NCBI RefSeq assembly: GCF_006345805.1
Contig: NC_042999.1
Location: forward strand, 62,062,001 to 62,126,000
Direction: 5' to 3'
Source: Octopus sinensis
Taxonomy: Eukaryota
Length of the DNA stretch: 64,000 bases
In this document: piece by piece, positions 12,781 to 24,586 of the stretch
How positions within the stretch are numbered: the stretch's first letter is position 1
Layout: each line of letters opens with the position of its first letter
Notes under the pieces: generated by a model
Told to the model about the DNA's origin: nothing
The model's input: only the letters and a program-made list of their open reading frames with translations
The model's database searches: none
Program-made: the position numbers and the translations under genes

Positions 12781-13164
12781 GTCAGCCCTGATTCACCAGA
12801 TATATGGTCAGACTTTCTAGACATGATAATCCCAATTTTTTTCTCAAGCATAATGTGTTTAGAGCTACAGCACCCAAAAGGGAAATCTGGGTGCTATGCC
12901 TGGCTGCTTGAATGATCACATAACTCTTCTCTCAAGCTTTATTCCATGATGCACCATAGTCAATAAGTTTAAAAGCTATGACAACCATGTCACTATACTC
13001 CACTGGCCTTATCCTGCCTAGCTAAAATCAAAATAGGTTAAAATCAATAAAGGTTTCAACGTACAAAGAGCATACAAGTAGAAAAACATTTACATCACCC
13101 ACAAAAATTTCTGGTTTTATAACGTCATCCAAGAAACAGTTAAGGAAATTAAACATATCTTTAC

Positions 13165-13236
13165 CTTCTGTTAGTTGCTCCAAACGGACTCGCTCATGGG
13201 CAGCATGTTGGTCAACTATAATCAGATGGTCAGGTG
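13165..13236 (-). CDS. MLH3: MLH3 coding exon 6 (72 nt), endonuclease metal-binding motif
   Basis: cttcag|CA...G|gtaaag encodes PDHLIIVDQHAAHERVRLEQLTE, i.e. DQHA(X)2E(X)4E. Phase 1-1. Confidence 0.95.
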
Positions 13237-13637
13237 CTGAAGATGAAGAAATCAGAGTTATTCTAGACATCATTTTGAAATCATAACGACCTCTCACACT
13301 TTCTGTTTGCCCCTGTTTATTTCCAGTCTGCAAATGCCTGTAAATATTATTAGCAATGCTGCTTTTCTTTGAATAAATTTTTGCAAATCTGACACAAGGC
13401 CAGCAATTTTGAGGGAAGGAAGCAAGCTGATTACATCATCTCCCCACCTCCCAGCACTTAACTGGTACTATTTTATTGACCAAACTCACACCCCACAAAA
13501 GGATGAAGGGTAAAGCTGACCAAGACAACTTTTGAACTCAGAATGTAAATTGCCAGAAAAAATGCTTCTATGCATTTTATCTGGTGTGATAATATACACA
13601 TGCATGCACATACACACAAGGTCAATTAACAACTCAC

Positions 13638-13704
13638 TTGTTGTTGGACAGGTCCCAGAACGAACAATGCAGGCAATGAATTTTTTATCCACTTGACCAA
13701 CAGC
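13638..13704 (-). CDS. MLH3: MLH3 coding exon 5 (67 nt)
   Basis: tttacag|GCT...A|gtgagt encodes AVGQVDKKFIACIVRSGTCPTT (QVDxKFIAC motif). Phase 0 to 1. Confidence 0.92.
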
Positions 13705-13994
13705 CTGTAAATTAGAAAAACAGAATTAAAGATAAAATCATTATTCCAGCCACATTTGTTTTCTAAGCTGCTCTCTCCACTGCCACATCATCCCTCGTGG
13801 CTTCTGTCTAAAATACTACACCAATCTGTACTATCTCTGAACCTATCATCACTTGCACTTCCCATCTTCTCACCCAAGCAACCATTTGTTTCACTCTCTC
13901 ATGTATCTGCACGCTTAACTACCAACTCTCCACCCCTACACCAATGGCTGCTATGCAACAGTAAATTTATATAAATGGGATGTGTGTACTGAAC

Positions 13995-14093
13995 CTCAAG
14001 CTGAGACAGCATAGTTTTGGTAAACTGGCACTGGTGGGTTACACGGTGATGTTTAGCACCTTTGAAATTGTTAATCCATGTATTAAGAATTTC
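13995..14093 (-). CDS. MLH3: MLH3 coding exon 4 (99 nt)
   Basis: ttttcag|GAA...GAG|gttcag encodes EILNTWINNFKGAKHHRVTHQCQFTKTMLSQLE (FTKxM motif). Phase 0-0. Confidence 0.85.
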
Positions 14094-14625
14094 CTGAAAA
14101 AAATAAACAAAGAAATTAGTAAATTCTGTTTAATGATTGAATCGATCAATTTTTGACAATAGAGGACTCAGTTCAAATCCAATCACAGGATTTTTCGGTG
14201 TATTTACAATAGACATAATAAATATCTATATAAATAGAGAGACTAATTGGCAAATTGGGAGAAATAATTAGCGGGTGAAGAAACAGATATGGATGTGTGG
14301 TTAAAAGGTTTGTTTCACAAACATTCGGTTCCAGGTACAATCTCACCACACTATATCTTGAATAAATGTCTTTATCTCTAGTCCACTCTGCTGGGTGGTC
14401 AGTGTTAGGAAGGGCGTCCAGCTGTAAAAACCCTGCTAAAACAGACACAAAAGCCTGGTGCAGGCTCCTGCCTGGCCAGCTCCTGTCAAACCATCCAACC
14501 CATGCCAGCATGGAAGGCAGACATTAAATGATGATGATGATTTCTAGCTTCAGGTTGACCAATACCTTGCGAGATGGAATGTGGTGAACAGAAACTGTAA
14601 AGAAGCACTTCATATCATCATCATT

Positions 14626-14807
14626 CAATTCTATATTTAAGAGATGAGGAATTATGTACTTTATTTACATTATTTACATTTGACAGATATTTGTCCTCAT
14701 CTTGTTTGTTGTTAACACAACCTTTCAGCTGATATACCCTCCAGCGTTCATCAGGTGTTAACAACAAACAAAATGAGGACAAATATCCGTCATTTGTAAA
14801 TAATGTA
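14626..14807 (-). ncRNA. Short element with a minimal type-I hammerhead fold inside a ~53-bp inverted repeat (family HH-1)
   Basis: Minus strand reads aacac-CTGATGA-a-cgctg[gagggtatat]cagct-GAAA-GGTT-gtgtt. Arms at 14666-14718 and 14755-14807. Flanked by the direct repeat ATCATCATCATT (14614-14625 and 14807-14818). Confidence 0.7.
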
Positions 14808-16311
14808 TCATCATCATTGCTTGCATGGACCAGATGGAGTTTAGTGAAGCAGATTTTCTATGGTTGGATGCCCTTCTTGTTTGCCAACCTTTACCTCTTT
14901 CCAAGCAAGGTAATACTTCCTCATGGCCAGATGTGATTTTGCAGAATATTGAAAATTAATGATATTCATTTACAACAATACCATAATGACAAAACAAAGA
15001 AACAATAACACACACATTCATATAAACACACATACACATATATATGACAAACTTCTTTTTATTTCCACCTGCTAACTCCACTCACAAAGCTTTGGTTGTC
15101 CAGGGACTATAGTGGAAGACAACTACCCAAAGTATCTTAGAGTGGGGCTGAACCGAAAAAAAACAGATAAAGGTTAGCACCAGGAAGCACATCATCATCA
15201 TCATCATCATCGTTTAACGTCCGCTTTCCATGCTAGCATGGGTTGGACGTATGACTGAGGGCTGACGAACCAGATGGCTGCACCAGGCTTCAATCTCGAT
15301 CTGGCAGAGTTTCTACAGCTGGATGCCCTTCCTAACGCCAACCACTCCGAGAGTGTAGTGGGTGCTTTTACATGCCACCGGCATGGGGCCAGTCTGCAGC
15401 ACTGGCAATGACCTCTCTCGAATCTTTTACACATGCCACCGGTGCGGGTGCCAGTAAGGTGCTGGCTATAAAACATTATCTGAGTAATATGGATGTAAAA
15501 AGAACGAAATGAAATGAAATGAAATGAAAGTGATACTGAACTTTAGTAAAAGCAATGAACTTGGCTGTATGACATTACCATTATCGTAAACAGGCACCAA
15601 AATTTCAACTTTATAGGAGAGAGAGTAAATGAGATTGTGTTTCATTTATGTCTCTCACAAGCTGCTGAGTTAGACTGTCTTTTCATTTACACATAAGCAT
15701 TTATGATTACTTTAGTACATGCACACAAACATACACTCTACCAAATTCACCAGACTTTTAACATTGCTGTCTCTGATTTTTACCAATTCCTTTGATATTT
15801 TCTTTACAGAATTCATAGACTTTTCTCTTTTTTCCAAATTTTAGTTTAAACTGTCTCCTTTATTAAAAAAACACACTTTCACACTTCAACATACTTTTGT
15901 AACTACTTGCACACAACACACCGGCACACACACCAATAAACACTTTCTGTATTGCTCTTGCCATCCCATCTGACTCAGCAATATCTTTATCCCTTCATTC
16001 ATACTCACTTCTACTCACACCACCCATCTAATGATCACACACACATACCAACACCCCATCCAGTCTCTAAACAATGCCACAATATTTCCACACTTCCACA
16101 CCTCTATACACATACATAAACTACAATAACACACACACATGCCAACATGCCACTCCCAGACACACTCTTTCACTTACATCTAAAAGTCTCTCCCCTTTCT
16201 CCCTTCTTAACCCCCTCTTCCCATAGAACAGCATCTTCACCTGATTTTTAACCCTTCACTCTTTTTTCATATACTGACTATTTCTATTTCTTACTCCTTC
16301 TATGCTTCTCT

Positions 16312-16349
16312 TTCTTTTGATGAAGGGCTAAAGTCCAAAATGTTAAGAA
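16312..16349 (+). ncRNA. Decayed hammerhead fold at the end of a pyrimidine-rich, possibly Penelope-derived relic (~15730-16420)
   Basis: ttctt-TTGATGA-a-GGGC[taaa]GTCC-AAAA-TGTT-aagaa. Stems I and II are intact. Two of the three core changes are CpG-type (CCGAAACG to CCAAAATG). Confidence 0.5.
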
Positions 16350-16895
16350 TTTTCTCTTACCTTGTTTGTGAAACTTTGTTCCTCTAGTGTTGACCTTTTT
16401 TGTTATTTTCCATTCCACACACACACACACACACACGACGAGCTTCTTTCAGTTTTTATCCATTAAATTCACTCACAAATCTTTGATCAGCCTGAGGTTA
16501 TAATAGCAAACATGTGCCCAAGGTGTCACACAGTAGGACTGAACCTGAAGCCGTGCAACTGCAAAGTAAATTTCTTCATTACACAGCTAGGCCAGTATCT
16601 TTCTGATTTAAAATTGCAATTGAGCTATCTTGCTTTTTATCCTTCCTAGATAGGATTAAATATAACAAGCTCTGTTCCACCAAGTACTGCTATTACTCAG
16701 CACTCCATTTCCAAATATTCCTTTGGGTATCCTATTTTGAAATGTGTACAGGTCCTAGATCGGACTTAGATAAAAAGGGGAGATGAGATGGTAAGTTAAC
16801 TATCCTAGCCTAACAACAATTAACACGAATGACTCAAACATCTACACATACAAACTAGTTGTTGTGGTGACTCAAAATTGCAACAAATGAAATAC

Positions 16896-16954
16896 CTTTT
16901 CAGCTTGACGAAACACAGGGTTCTTCCAGATGTTCCACAGTTCAATAATAGGAT
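16896..16954 (-). CDS. MLH3: MLH3 coding exon 3 (59 nt)
   Basis: tttag|ATCCT...GAAAAG|gtattt encodes (D)PIIELWNIWKNPVFRQAEK, matching the MLH3 WxNPVF motif. Phases 1 to 0 fit the neighbouring exons. Confidence 0.85.
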
Positions 16955-18089
16955 CTAAACAAATATAGAATCAATATAAAAGTAATATAAAACAGTGTGG
17001 GAGTGTGTTTGAATGGACTTTGGGGTCTTCAGTTCAAACACAAAAAGACCAAACATGAGAACTAATGATCACAAAATCAGAATACTAAAAATTCAGAATA
17101 TCACCACCATAATATCACAACATCAAATCTTCAAATTTCAAAATATTTTAAGGAAAAACAATAATAAAAACATTCCTTGTTTCAGTCAATTGACTGTGGC
17201 CATGCTGGAGCACCATCTTTAGTCGAGCAAATCGACCCCAGGACTTATTCTTTGTAAGCCTAGTACTTATTCTATCAGTCACTTTTGCTGAACTGCTAAG
17301 TTACGGGGACGTAAACACACGAGCATCGGTTGTCAAGCGATGTTGTGGGGGACAAACACAGACACACAAATACACACACACACATATATATACATATATA
17401 CGATGGGCTTCTTTCAGTTTCCATCTACCAAATCCACTCACAAGGCTATGGTCAGCCCGAGGCTATAGTAGACACTTGCCCAAGGTTCCACACAGTGGGA
17501 CTGAGCCAGGAACTATGAGGTTCATAAGCAGGCTACTTACCACACAGCCACTCCCATGGCTATATTTATTTAAAGTTTTAAAAGGGATCTTATTTGCAGG
17601 AAATATATTTATCTTTTCTTTTACTTGATTTAGTCATTGGACTGCAGCCATTCTGTGGTGCCACCTTGAAGGAGTTTAGTCAAGTAGATTAACCCCACCA
17701 CTCCAGTGCTTATTTTTTTAGGTGGCTGGATGGACAGACAGACAGATAGAGCTTGAATGACCTAGGGATAGAACTCAGACCTACTAGCTATCTTACCTAC
17801 AAAACTATAACAATCTTCATTATCAGTTCATAATAATGATTACTACTGGTATTTGTCACAACAAACAGAATAAGTAAATGCAAGGTTTGTACAAGGAATG
17901 ATAATCAATGGCAAAATACTTCCATTTCAAAAAGACTACATTAGAAGATTAGAAAAATCTCTGCTTACATGAACAGATTTACAATAAAAATAAGACATAA
18001 AACTAGTCCAAACATGTAGGAAAAATTGACGATTAACAATAAAAGAAAAAAACAGAATAAATCCAACAGGTGGACATTGGTCAGAGATA

Positions 18090-18628
18090 AGATAGTGATT
18101 GGACACTAAACTCTGCTTGTGAAGACCTGTTGAGGCAAGTGAAATCGAAATCGAAATCAAATTCAATGACTGGCATCCGTGCTAGTGGAGCGCTAAGAAT
18201 ACCATACAAGCGTAATCATTGCCAGAGCAACAAGCTGGCCTCCATGCTGATGGCATGTAAAAAACACCATTCGAGTGTGATTGTTACCTGCGTCGCCTTA
18301 CTGGCACTTGTGCCAGTGGCACATGAAAAAACATTCGAGCGAGGTTGTTGCCAGTGCTGCTGGACTGACTCCTGTGCATGTGGCACATAAAAAGCACCAT
18401 TTGAGTGTGGCCGTGCCAGTACCACCTGACTGGCTCTCGTGCTGGTGGCACGTAAAAGCACCCACTACACTCTTGGAGTGGTTGGCGTTAGGAAGGGCAT
18501 CCAGCTGTAGAAACCTGCCAGATCAGATTGGAGCCTGGTGCAGCCATCTGGTTCGCCAGCCCTCAGTCAAATTGTCCAACCCATGCTAGCATGGAAAGCG
18601 AACGTTAAACGATGATGATGATGATGAA
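18090..18628 (+). mobile_element. RTE 3'UTR-derived retrocopy with (GAT)n tail; longest copy
   Basis: Repeated gtgctggtggcacgtaaaaagcacc modules, ttaggaagggcatccagctgtagaa, and acgttaaacgatgatg. Other copies: ~780-905(+), 1925-2570(+, SINE-interrupted), 2955-3212(+), 7545-7715(+), 7997-8260(-), 14380-14540(+), 14808-14960(-), 15190-15470(-), 25650-25870(-), 26640-26740(+), 51255-51430(-). Confidence 0.8.
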
Positions 18629-19398
18629 GATTAAGAGGGAAAAATTGCTAACAGAATTCAAGAGTGAATGTCTGAATGTACAACACAGAGAGGCAGAAGG
18701 AAGTTTGTGTGGAAAGGTGAACAAAAGGAAACAATGGTGGTACATGGAAACATGGCAAGATGGTGAAAGAAATGAATGAAAAGTAAAAAGAGCAATAAAT
18801 TGATAGACATGAAGATGGAAATATAAACAGCTAGACAGAAGAGATGACAATACAACTTTTCTCTTTTCTCTTTTACTCTCTTTTACTTGTTTCAGTCATT
18901 TGATTGTGGCCATGCTGGAGCACCACTTTTAGTCGAGCAAATCAACCCAAGGACTTATTCTCTGTAAGCCCAGTATTTATTCTATCGGTCTCTTTTGCCG
19001 AACCGCTAAGTAACAGGGACATAAACACACCAGCATCAGTTGTCAAGCGATGGTGGGGGTGGAAAAAATACAGACACACATACATATACACACACACATA
19101 CACACACACATACATATGCATATATACGATGGGCTTCTTTCAGTTTCCGTCTACCAAATCCACTCACAAGGCTTTGGTTGGCCCAAGGCTAAAGTAGAAG
19201 ACACTTGCCCGAGGTGCCACGCAGTGGGACTGAACCTGGAACCATGTGGTTGGTAAGCAAGCTGCTTACCACACAGCCACTTCGGCACCTATCTTCAAAT
19301 ATTTTTTAAATAACCTGTGAACAAGAGATTCAAAATTAATCAACTTGCAATCAATAAATGTAAAAGTTTTTTTAAAAAATAATTAAAAAAGTATTTAC

Positions 19399-22300
19399 CA
19401 CTTTCTTTGGTAGAATTTGTATAATCCACTTCAGTAATTTTGTCATCATCAGAATCACGGATTTTAACAGCAAAATTTTGTTCCATGTCCATTGAGGTAC
19501 TAGGTGCTTCGGGAGAATTATCATACAGCAGCATATTATTTGTTGTTAGATCTGGAGATGCAGATGTATCAGAGTCAAAATTTTGAGACATTACTGAATT
19601 TAATGCATCAGTCTGCCTCACTGAGAGCAGATCATCACATCTGGTAGCTAAATCACACTCAGAGAAGAATTCTAGGGAATTTTTATTCTTTGAAGCAGAA
19701 ATATTTGATTTCTCTATATTGGTGGAAATGGAGATTCTATCAAGCAAAGTAGCTCTGTCTTGGGAACCGTCTCTCTTATTTTGGCTTTCAGCATCACTAC
19801 ATTTATCTACTGCTTCATAGCTGTCTGTATTTATACAGCGGTCACGCAGTGGATGAGTATTGCCATTATCTACTGCATCACTACTGCCTGCATTTATACA
19901 GAGGTCATGTGGTTTATAACTGTTGCAATTATCTACTGCTTCACAGCTATCTGTATTTATACAGCGGTCACGCAGTGGATGAGTATTGCCATTATCTACT
20001 GCATTACTACTGCCTGCATTTATACAGATGTCATGTGATTCATAACTGCTGCAATTATCTACTGCTTCCGTACAACCTTCATTCATACAGTTGTCATGCA
20101 GTTGATAAGTGTCATAGTTATCTACTGCTTGACGACTGCTTGTATTTATATAGTGGTCATGTAGTGGATGATTGTCAGGGTTACCTACTGTTTGACCATT
20201 GTCTACAGTCATGTAACTACCACGTACAGGATAATTTTCAATTTGATCTTCATCATTGAAATAGTGAACATTCTGTTGACATGGCTTCTCCTGATAACTA
20301 CTTAGCCTTTTCTCCACCTGCTGTTGACTTCTGCGATTGCAAGTGTTATCATTTAACTGACCATTATCAACAACAATACCACAGTCTTCCTTTTGACCTT
20401 TATTTCTAGTAGTTGCAATATGACTATGCTGTGAAAGAGAAGAACAGCTTCTAATAACTGGACATTGATCAAATTTTTTCCTTTCACTCAAATGCAATGC
20501 AACATCGCAATTCTCTGAAGAAGATTTAATCAATTCATTTTCTTTAATCAATGATTGCTCTTTATCAATGTTGCCATCATATTTAATAGTTTGCCTTTCA
20601 AAACTGCTTTCATTGCAATGAGTAATGTTTAAATTTTTTGAGGAAATAGAACCAGTCAAAGAATTTAAGTGTGACTGAACTTGTGATTTAGAATTAAGGT
20701 TTGTATGAAATGGTTCTAAATACCCTGGAGTATCAGAAGTAGATGATTCTGGTTTTGGTGAAGGAATTGATTCTTCAGATGCATTATGATGTTTGGGACA
20801 TTCAGAAAACTCTGTATTAGTCTCTAACAGATAGTGTTTGGACATATTTCTTTCATTTGAATCTAAATGATTAGAATTAAAAGTATCTGTAATATTTCTA
20901 CTTTTCTCAGATTCATTAATGGCAACTTGCTTAATATATTTGTTTAAGTCTTCTGTTTTAGGATTGCCATTTCCTTGATTATTAGAAAGCTCACATTTTG
21001 ATGAACTTTCACAATGTACTACAGTAGATTTGGTACCGTCTTCCTCTTCATCATCATCACTCCCATAATTATTTGATAATAATACATTGAATGGAATATA
21101 TTCCATAGTCTTATTTTCAAGTAGATTACATGGAGCTCTGAATCCATCCAATTTTTCTTCTCTAATATCATTTATTCTCCTTTGAGGCAAAATATTATAG
21201 CTTTTACATAATATCTCAGATGAGTTATTATGTAAAGGTGAACAGTTAGAAGTATTCTCAAAGCTTACTTCTTCCACTTCCTCAGAAATACATGGCAAAA
21301 AATTTTCAGTCTTACTTGTCAAAATATCAAAGCACTTTGGAGTTTTATGTGGTTTTGTGCAGGAATGAGATGGATGTGCAAAATTAAAGGAATCTGCATT
21401 TTCCATCTTGGAGGATGATGTTCCATCAACATACAGACTTTCAGTCAGAATTCTATCTCCAAGTTTACTTTCTAACGCATCTTGGAACATTGAAAATCTC
21501 TGAGTGTTTATATTGCTCAGTCCTTCAGGAAACAGCTTGCATGGTGAAAAACTCTCTGGATTTATTACATGTAAGCTTCTGGGATTATGCACAGTTTGGG
21601 ATGATTCAGAATTATTTCTATGATAACTAGAAGCAGCATTCTTCAAACTGGATGGTTGTTCATATTGTACTTCAAAGAAATAATCAGTGCAAGTTGATGC
21701 TTTAGAATGCAGGCGAGAACTTAAACATAAACTAGAATTAGTTATATCTACAGTATCAAAATCTTGTGTTGTTGACAAACTAGCATCATCAGACTTACTT
21801 TCAGCATCAAAATTAAAAACAAAAGAATTTTCCATTCTGTCTTCGTATTTACTATCAGATCTATTACATTTGAAACAGTTGTGATTTGAAGGAATGTCAT
21901 GTTCTTGAAAGCTATCAGTAATAGTTGAAATAGGAGTTTCATGAATCTTTGAGAAACTAGGCAAATCAAAACCAATCTTTCTGGAACCATCAGATGAAGT
22001 GTGAGATTTATTTGCAGAGAGAATTTCTTCTTTAGAATAGGTATTTAGGTTAAAGTTTTGACATTGTAACCCATGAAAGTCTTTTGAAATCTGCAGATTA
22101 GATTTTGCATCATTTTTTTCATTCTTTCTGTAAGTTTGAAGGAAAGATGAAGAAGTAAGAAATCTATGCTCACCAAACTTACGACAACATTCATTTTGAA
22201 TTAAAGCATCACCAGATATTTTATCATTTAACAGAACATCATCATGATTTTTCTTAAGTGAAGTATATTTTGTCTCAGACTCCCTCAGTAAGCTAATACC

Positions 22301-24332
22301 ATCATCTTTCACATAAGGGAAATTTTCTGGCATAATCAAATGGTTATTCAATACTGGTATTTCTTTAGGTTTCTCAAGTAAGTCTATAGACTGCTTGTCT
22401 TTAATGGCTGATAAATTTTCTGCTTCTTCATTTAAAACTCTGTCCTTTATATTTCCACTAACCTGCATTTTATCTCCAGATTTCTTTTTCAATAAATTAG
22501 CAAGCTTTGATGATATTGACTGATGAGTGTCAGCCACCACTTCATGTTTTGGTGCTGTAGAATCACCTGAAAAATGCTCATGACAAAATATTTCGTTCTC
22601 ACTCATCTTATTTGATAAGGTTTTACTGCTTTCACGAGCGGGTCCAGTTTTTGACTCAAAACTTAAGGTTTTTGAAATATCTGAGGAATTCAGACTTTCA
22701 CTAATTAGATCTGAAGATTTTTTTGTTCCAGCTAAAGAAAATTGTCGAGATGAACTGGAAGACCTAAACTGATCTAAGATAGATCGAGTGGAAGCTTTCA
22801 TTTCAGAAGGAGCTCTAGTTGGGTAATTTTTTTTTATACGGAAAGCTGATGGAAGTGTCATCTTTGACCTGCTTGTTTTGCATTTAAGAATTCTTTCATT
22901 TACAATGGAATTAGCAACCATTTTTCTCTGGGCCAAAATGTTTCTCTTTGTGTCTTCAACACATTTGGATCTCTCACATGAAACTGAATCTTCTTCCACA
23001 GTGCTAGGGGTTTCAGTGAAAATGCTTATAGATTCAGTTAACAATTTTGTGCAAGAACCAAATGATTTGCTGGAACCAACAGGTGATTTAATAACAGGTG
23101 TATCAATATTTTCTGTTAAAGACTCATCTATACCTTCTGTTAAAGATTCATTCTCATTGGAATCTGCAGAATTATACTGTACCTGGCTTTCAGTTGAAAC
23201 ATCCAGACAATTATCAATATCTTCTTTGTCATAGTTCTTCTTAGAAAACTTCGAAGGGATATCACTATCATCAATATTAAGATCGTCAACCTGTTCATCC
23301 AATTTAGTTTTAAAGAGATTACGTTTAATCGGTAGGGACTTGAGAGCCCGAGATTTCACATTATCATACAGTTGGTCTTCAATATTATCATCAATCTCTT
23401 TATCTGGATCTCTGATCATAGAGTCTAAAGGAGATTGGCTACCATTTAATTGAAACTTAGATTCTTTCTTTAATTCCAAAGCTAGAGAGTCAACAGTCAT
23501 AAGATTTTCTTTTCTTAAAAAATTCCAGCACATTTCCTCCACAGCTTGCAACAGATTTTCCATTTCAATAAATTCAACCATGGTCTTGCGTGGGTCAAAA
23601 GTTATATCGTACACATTAAGAGGACACTTAATGTTCAACAAAAAAATTGGATATTTTTTAGAAAGTTTAGAAGGGCTTACCTTTTCACTATTCTCCAAAG
23701 TTAGCTTTTGTTTAATAATCAAAGACTTTTTAAGAATATTATTTATTACTTTATGTATCTTTGTATTTAGCACAAGGCGTTTGTTGATGTATATAAACTG
23801 GATATCTTTCCTATAATGGTTGTCTCGTCCTATATAGCCACTAAGTGAAAAATAGCCAGAACTGTGCGAAACTTCACAGAGACCTTCTGATTTGGTGTGA
23901 CCAAAAAGGTAAGAGAATGTATTTAACAAACTACTAGTTTTGTGTGTTTGTAGCATAACAGAACCAGTGACATCATTACGAAGAGTTATTGATAATTTTG
24001 GCTGCAACAATGCCAAGGCTTCAACACGATGACAAATATTTTCAAGCTCTAAACTCAACCTAATTGATTTTTGCCTTACAGGAAGGTTGTAGAACAAATT
24101 ATGCAGTGTAAGAGTGGTTCCTGGACTAGGGCGAGGATTCTTTGATTCTATGGTAGGTAAAGGCTTCCCATGTTGGAAAATCTTACTATAGGTTTGAGCT
24201 GAGAGCTGCGTTCGAGTGTTAATCTCTAGTAATGAAGAAATGTTACAGAGACTGGCCAAAGCCTCTCCTCTGTATCCAAAATAATTCAGAGAATCCAAAT
24301 CTTCAATACCTTGACATTTACTTGTTGAATAC
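19399..24332 (-). CDS. MLH3: MLH3 coding exon 2, giant 4934-nt exon (rest of ATPase domain plus very long linker)
   Basis: Acceptor ttttgtag|G restores RYSTSKCQGIEDLDSLNYFGYRGEAL, in frame with the 1652-aa ORF (GTT, QFIYINKR, YDITFDPRKTMVEF). Donor G|gtaaat at 19399/19398, phase 1. Confidence 0.92.
19795..20190 (-). repeat. Coding minisatellite, 63-bp (21-aa) unit, ~6.3 copies, with a 126-bp higher-order pair
   Basis: TATCTACTGC or a variant recurs at 19804, 19867, 19930, 19993, 20056, 20119 and 20182. Protein units are AVDN.....HD.C.N. Confidence 0.95.
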
Positions 24333-24586
24333 CTACAAAATAAAAAAAAAATAATTAATTATGAAATTGAGTCAACATCATAGCATGTAAAGGAGCTGAT
24401 AAATTCTTAAAGCACAACAACATGAAAATTATTTTTCATAGTTGCATTTAGATCAGTTTGATCTCCTGTCATCTGATCACAGTGCAAGCCAATGACCTAG
24501 AAGATAAGAGCCAGTGAGAATCAAGAAAGAATAATACACTTGGTAAGGGTCCTACCAATTACTTTTCAGGACAATATCTAGTGCTG

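Noticed and set aside
16955-19398. Search for an extra MLH3 exon equivalent to human exon 3
   Set aside because: No phase-compatible ORF with similarity was found, and exons 2 and 3 join in frame without it. An undetected divergent exon cannot be excluded.
19760-20259. Two plus-strand ORFs (92 and 136 aa) antisense to MLH3
   Set aside because: They are by-products of the 63-bp coding repeat, with no independent start or splice context.
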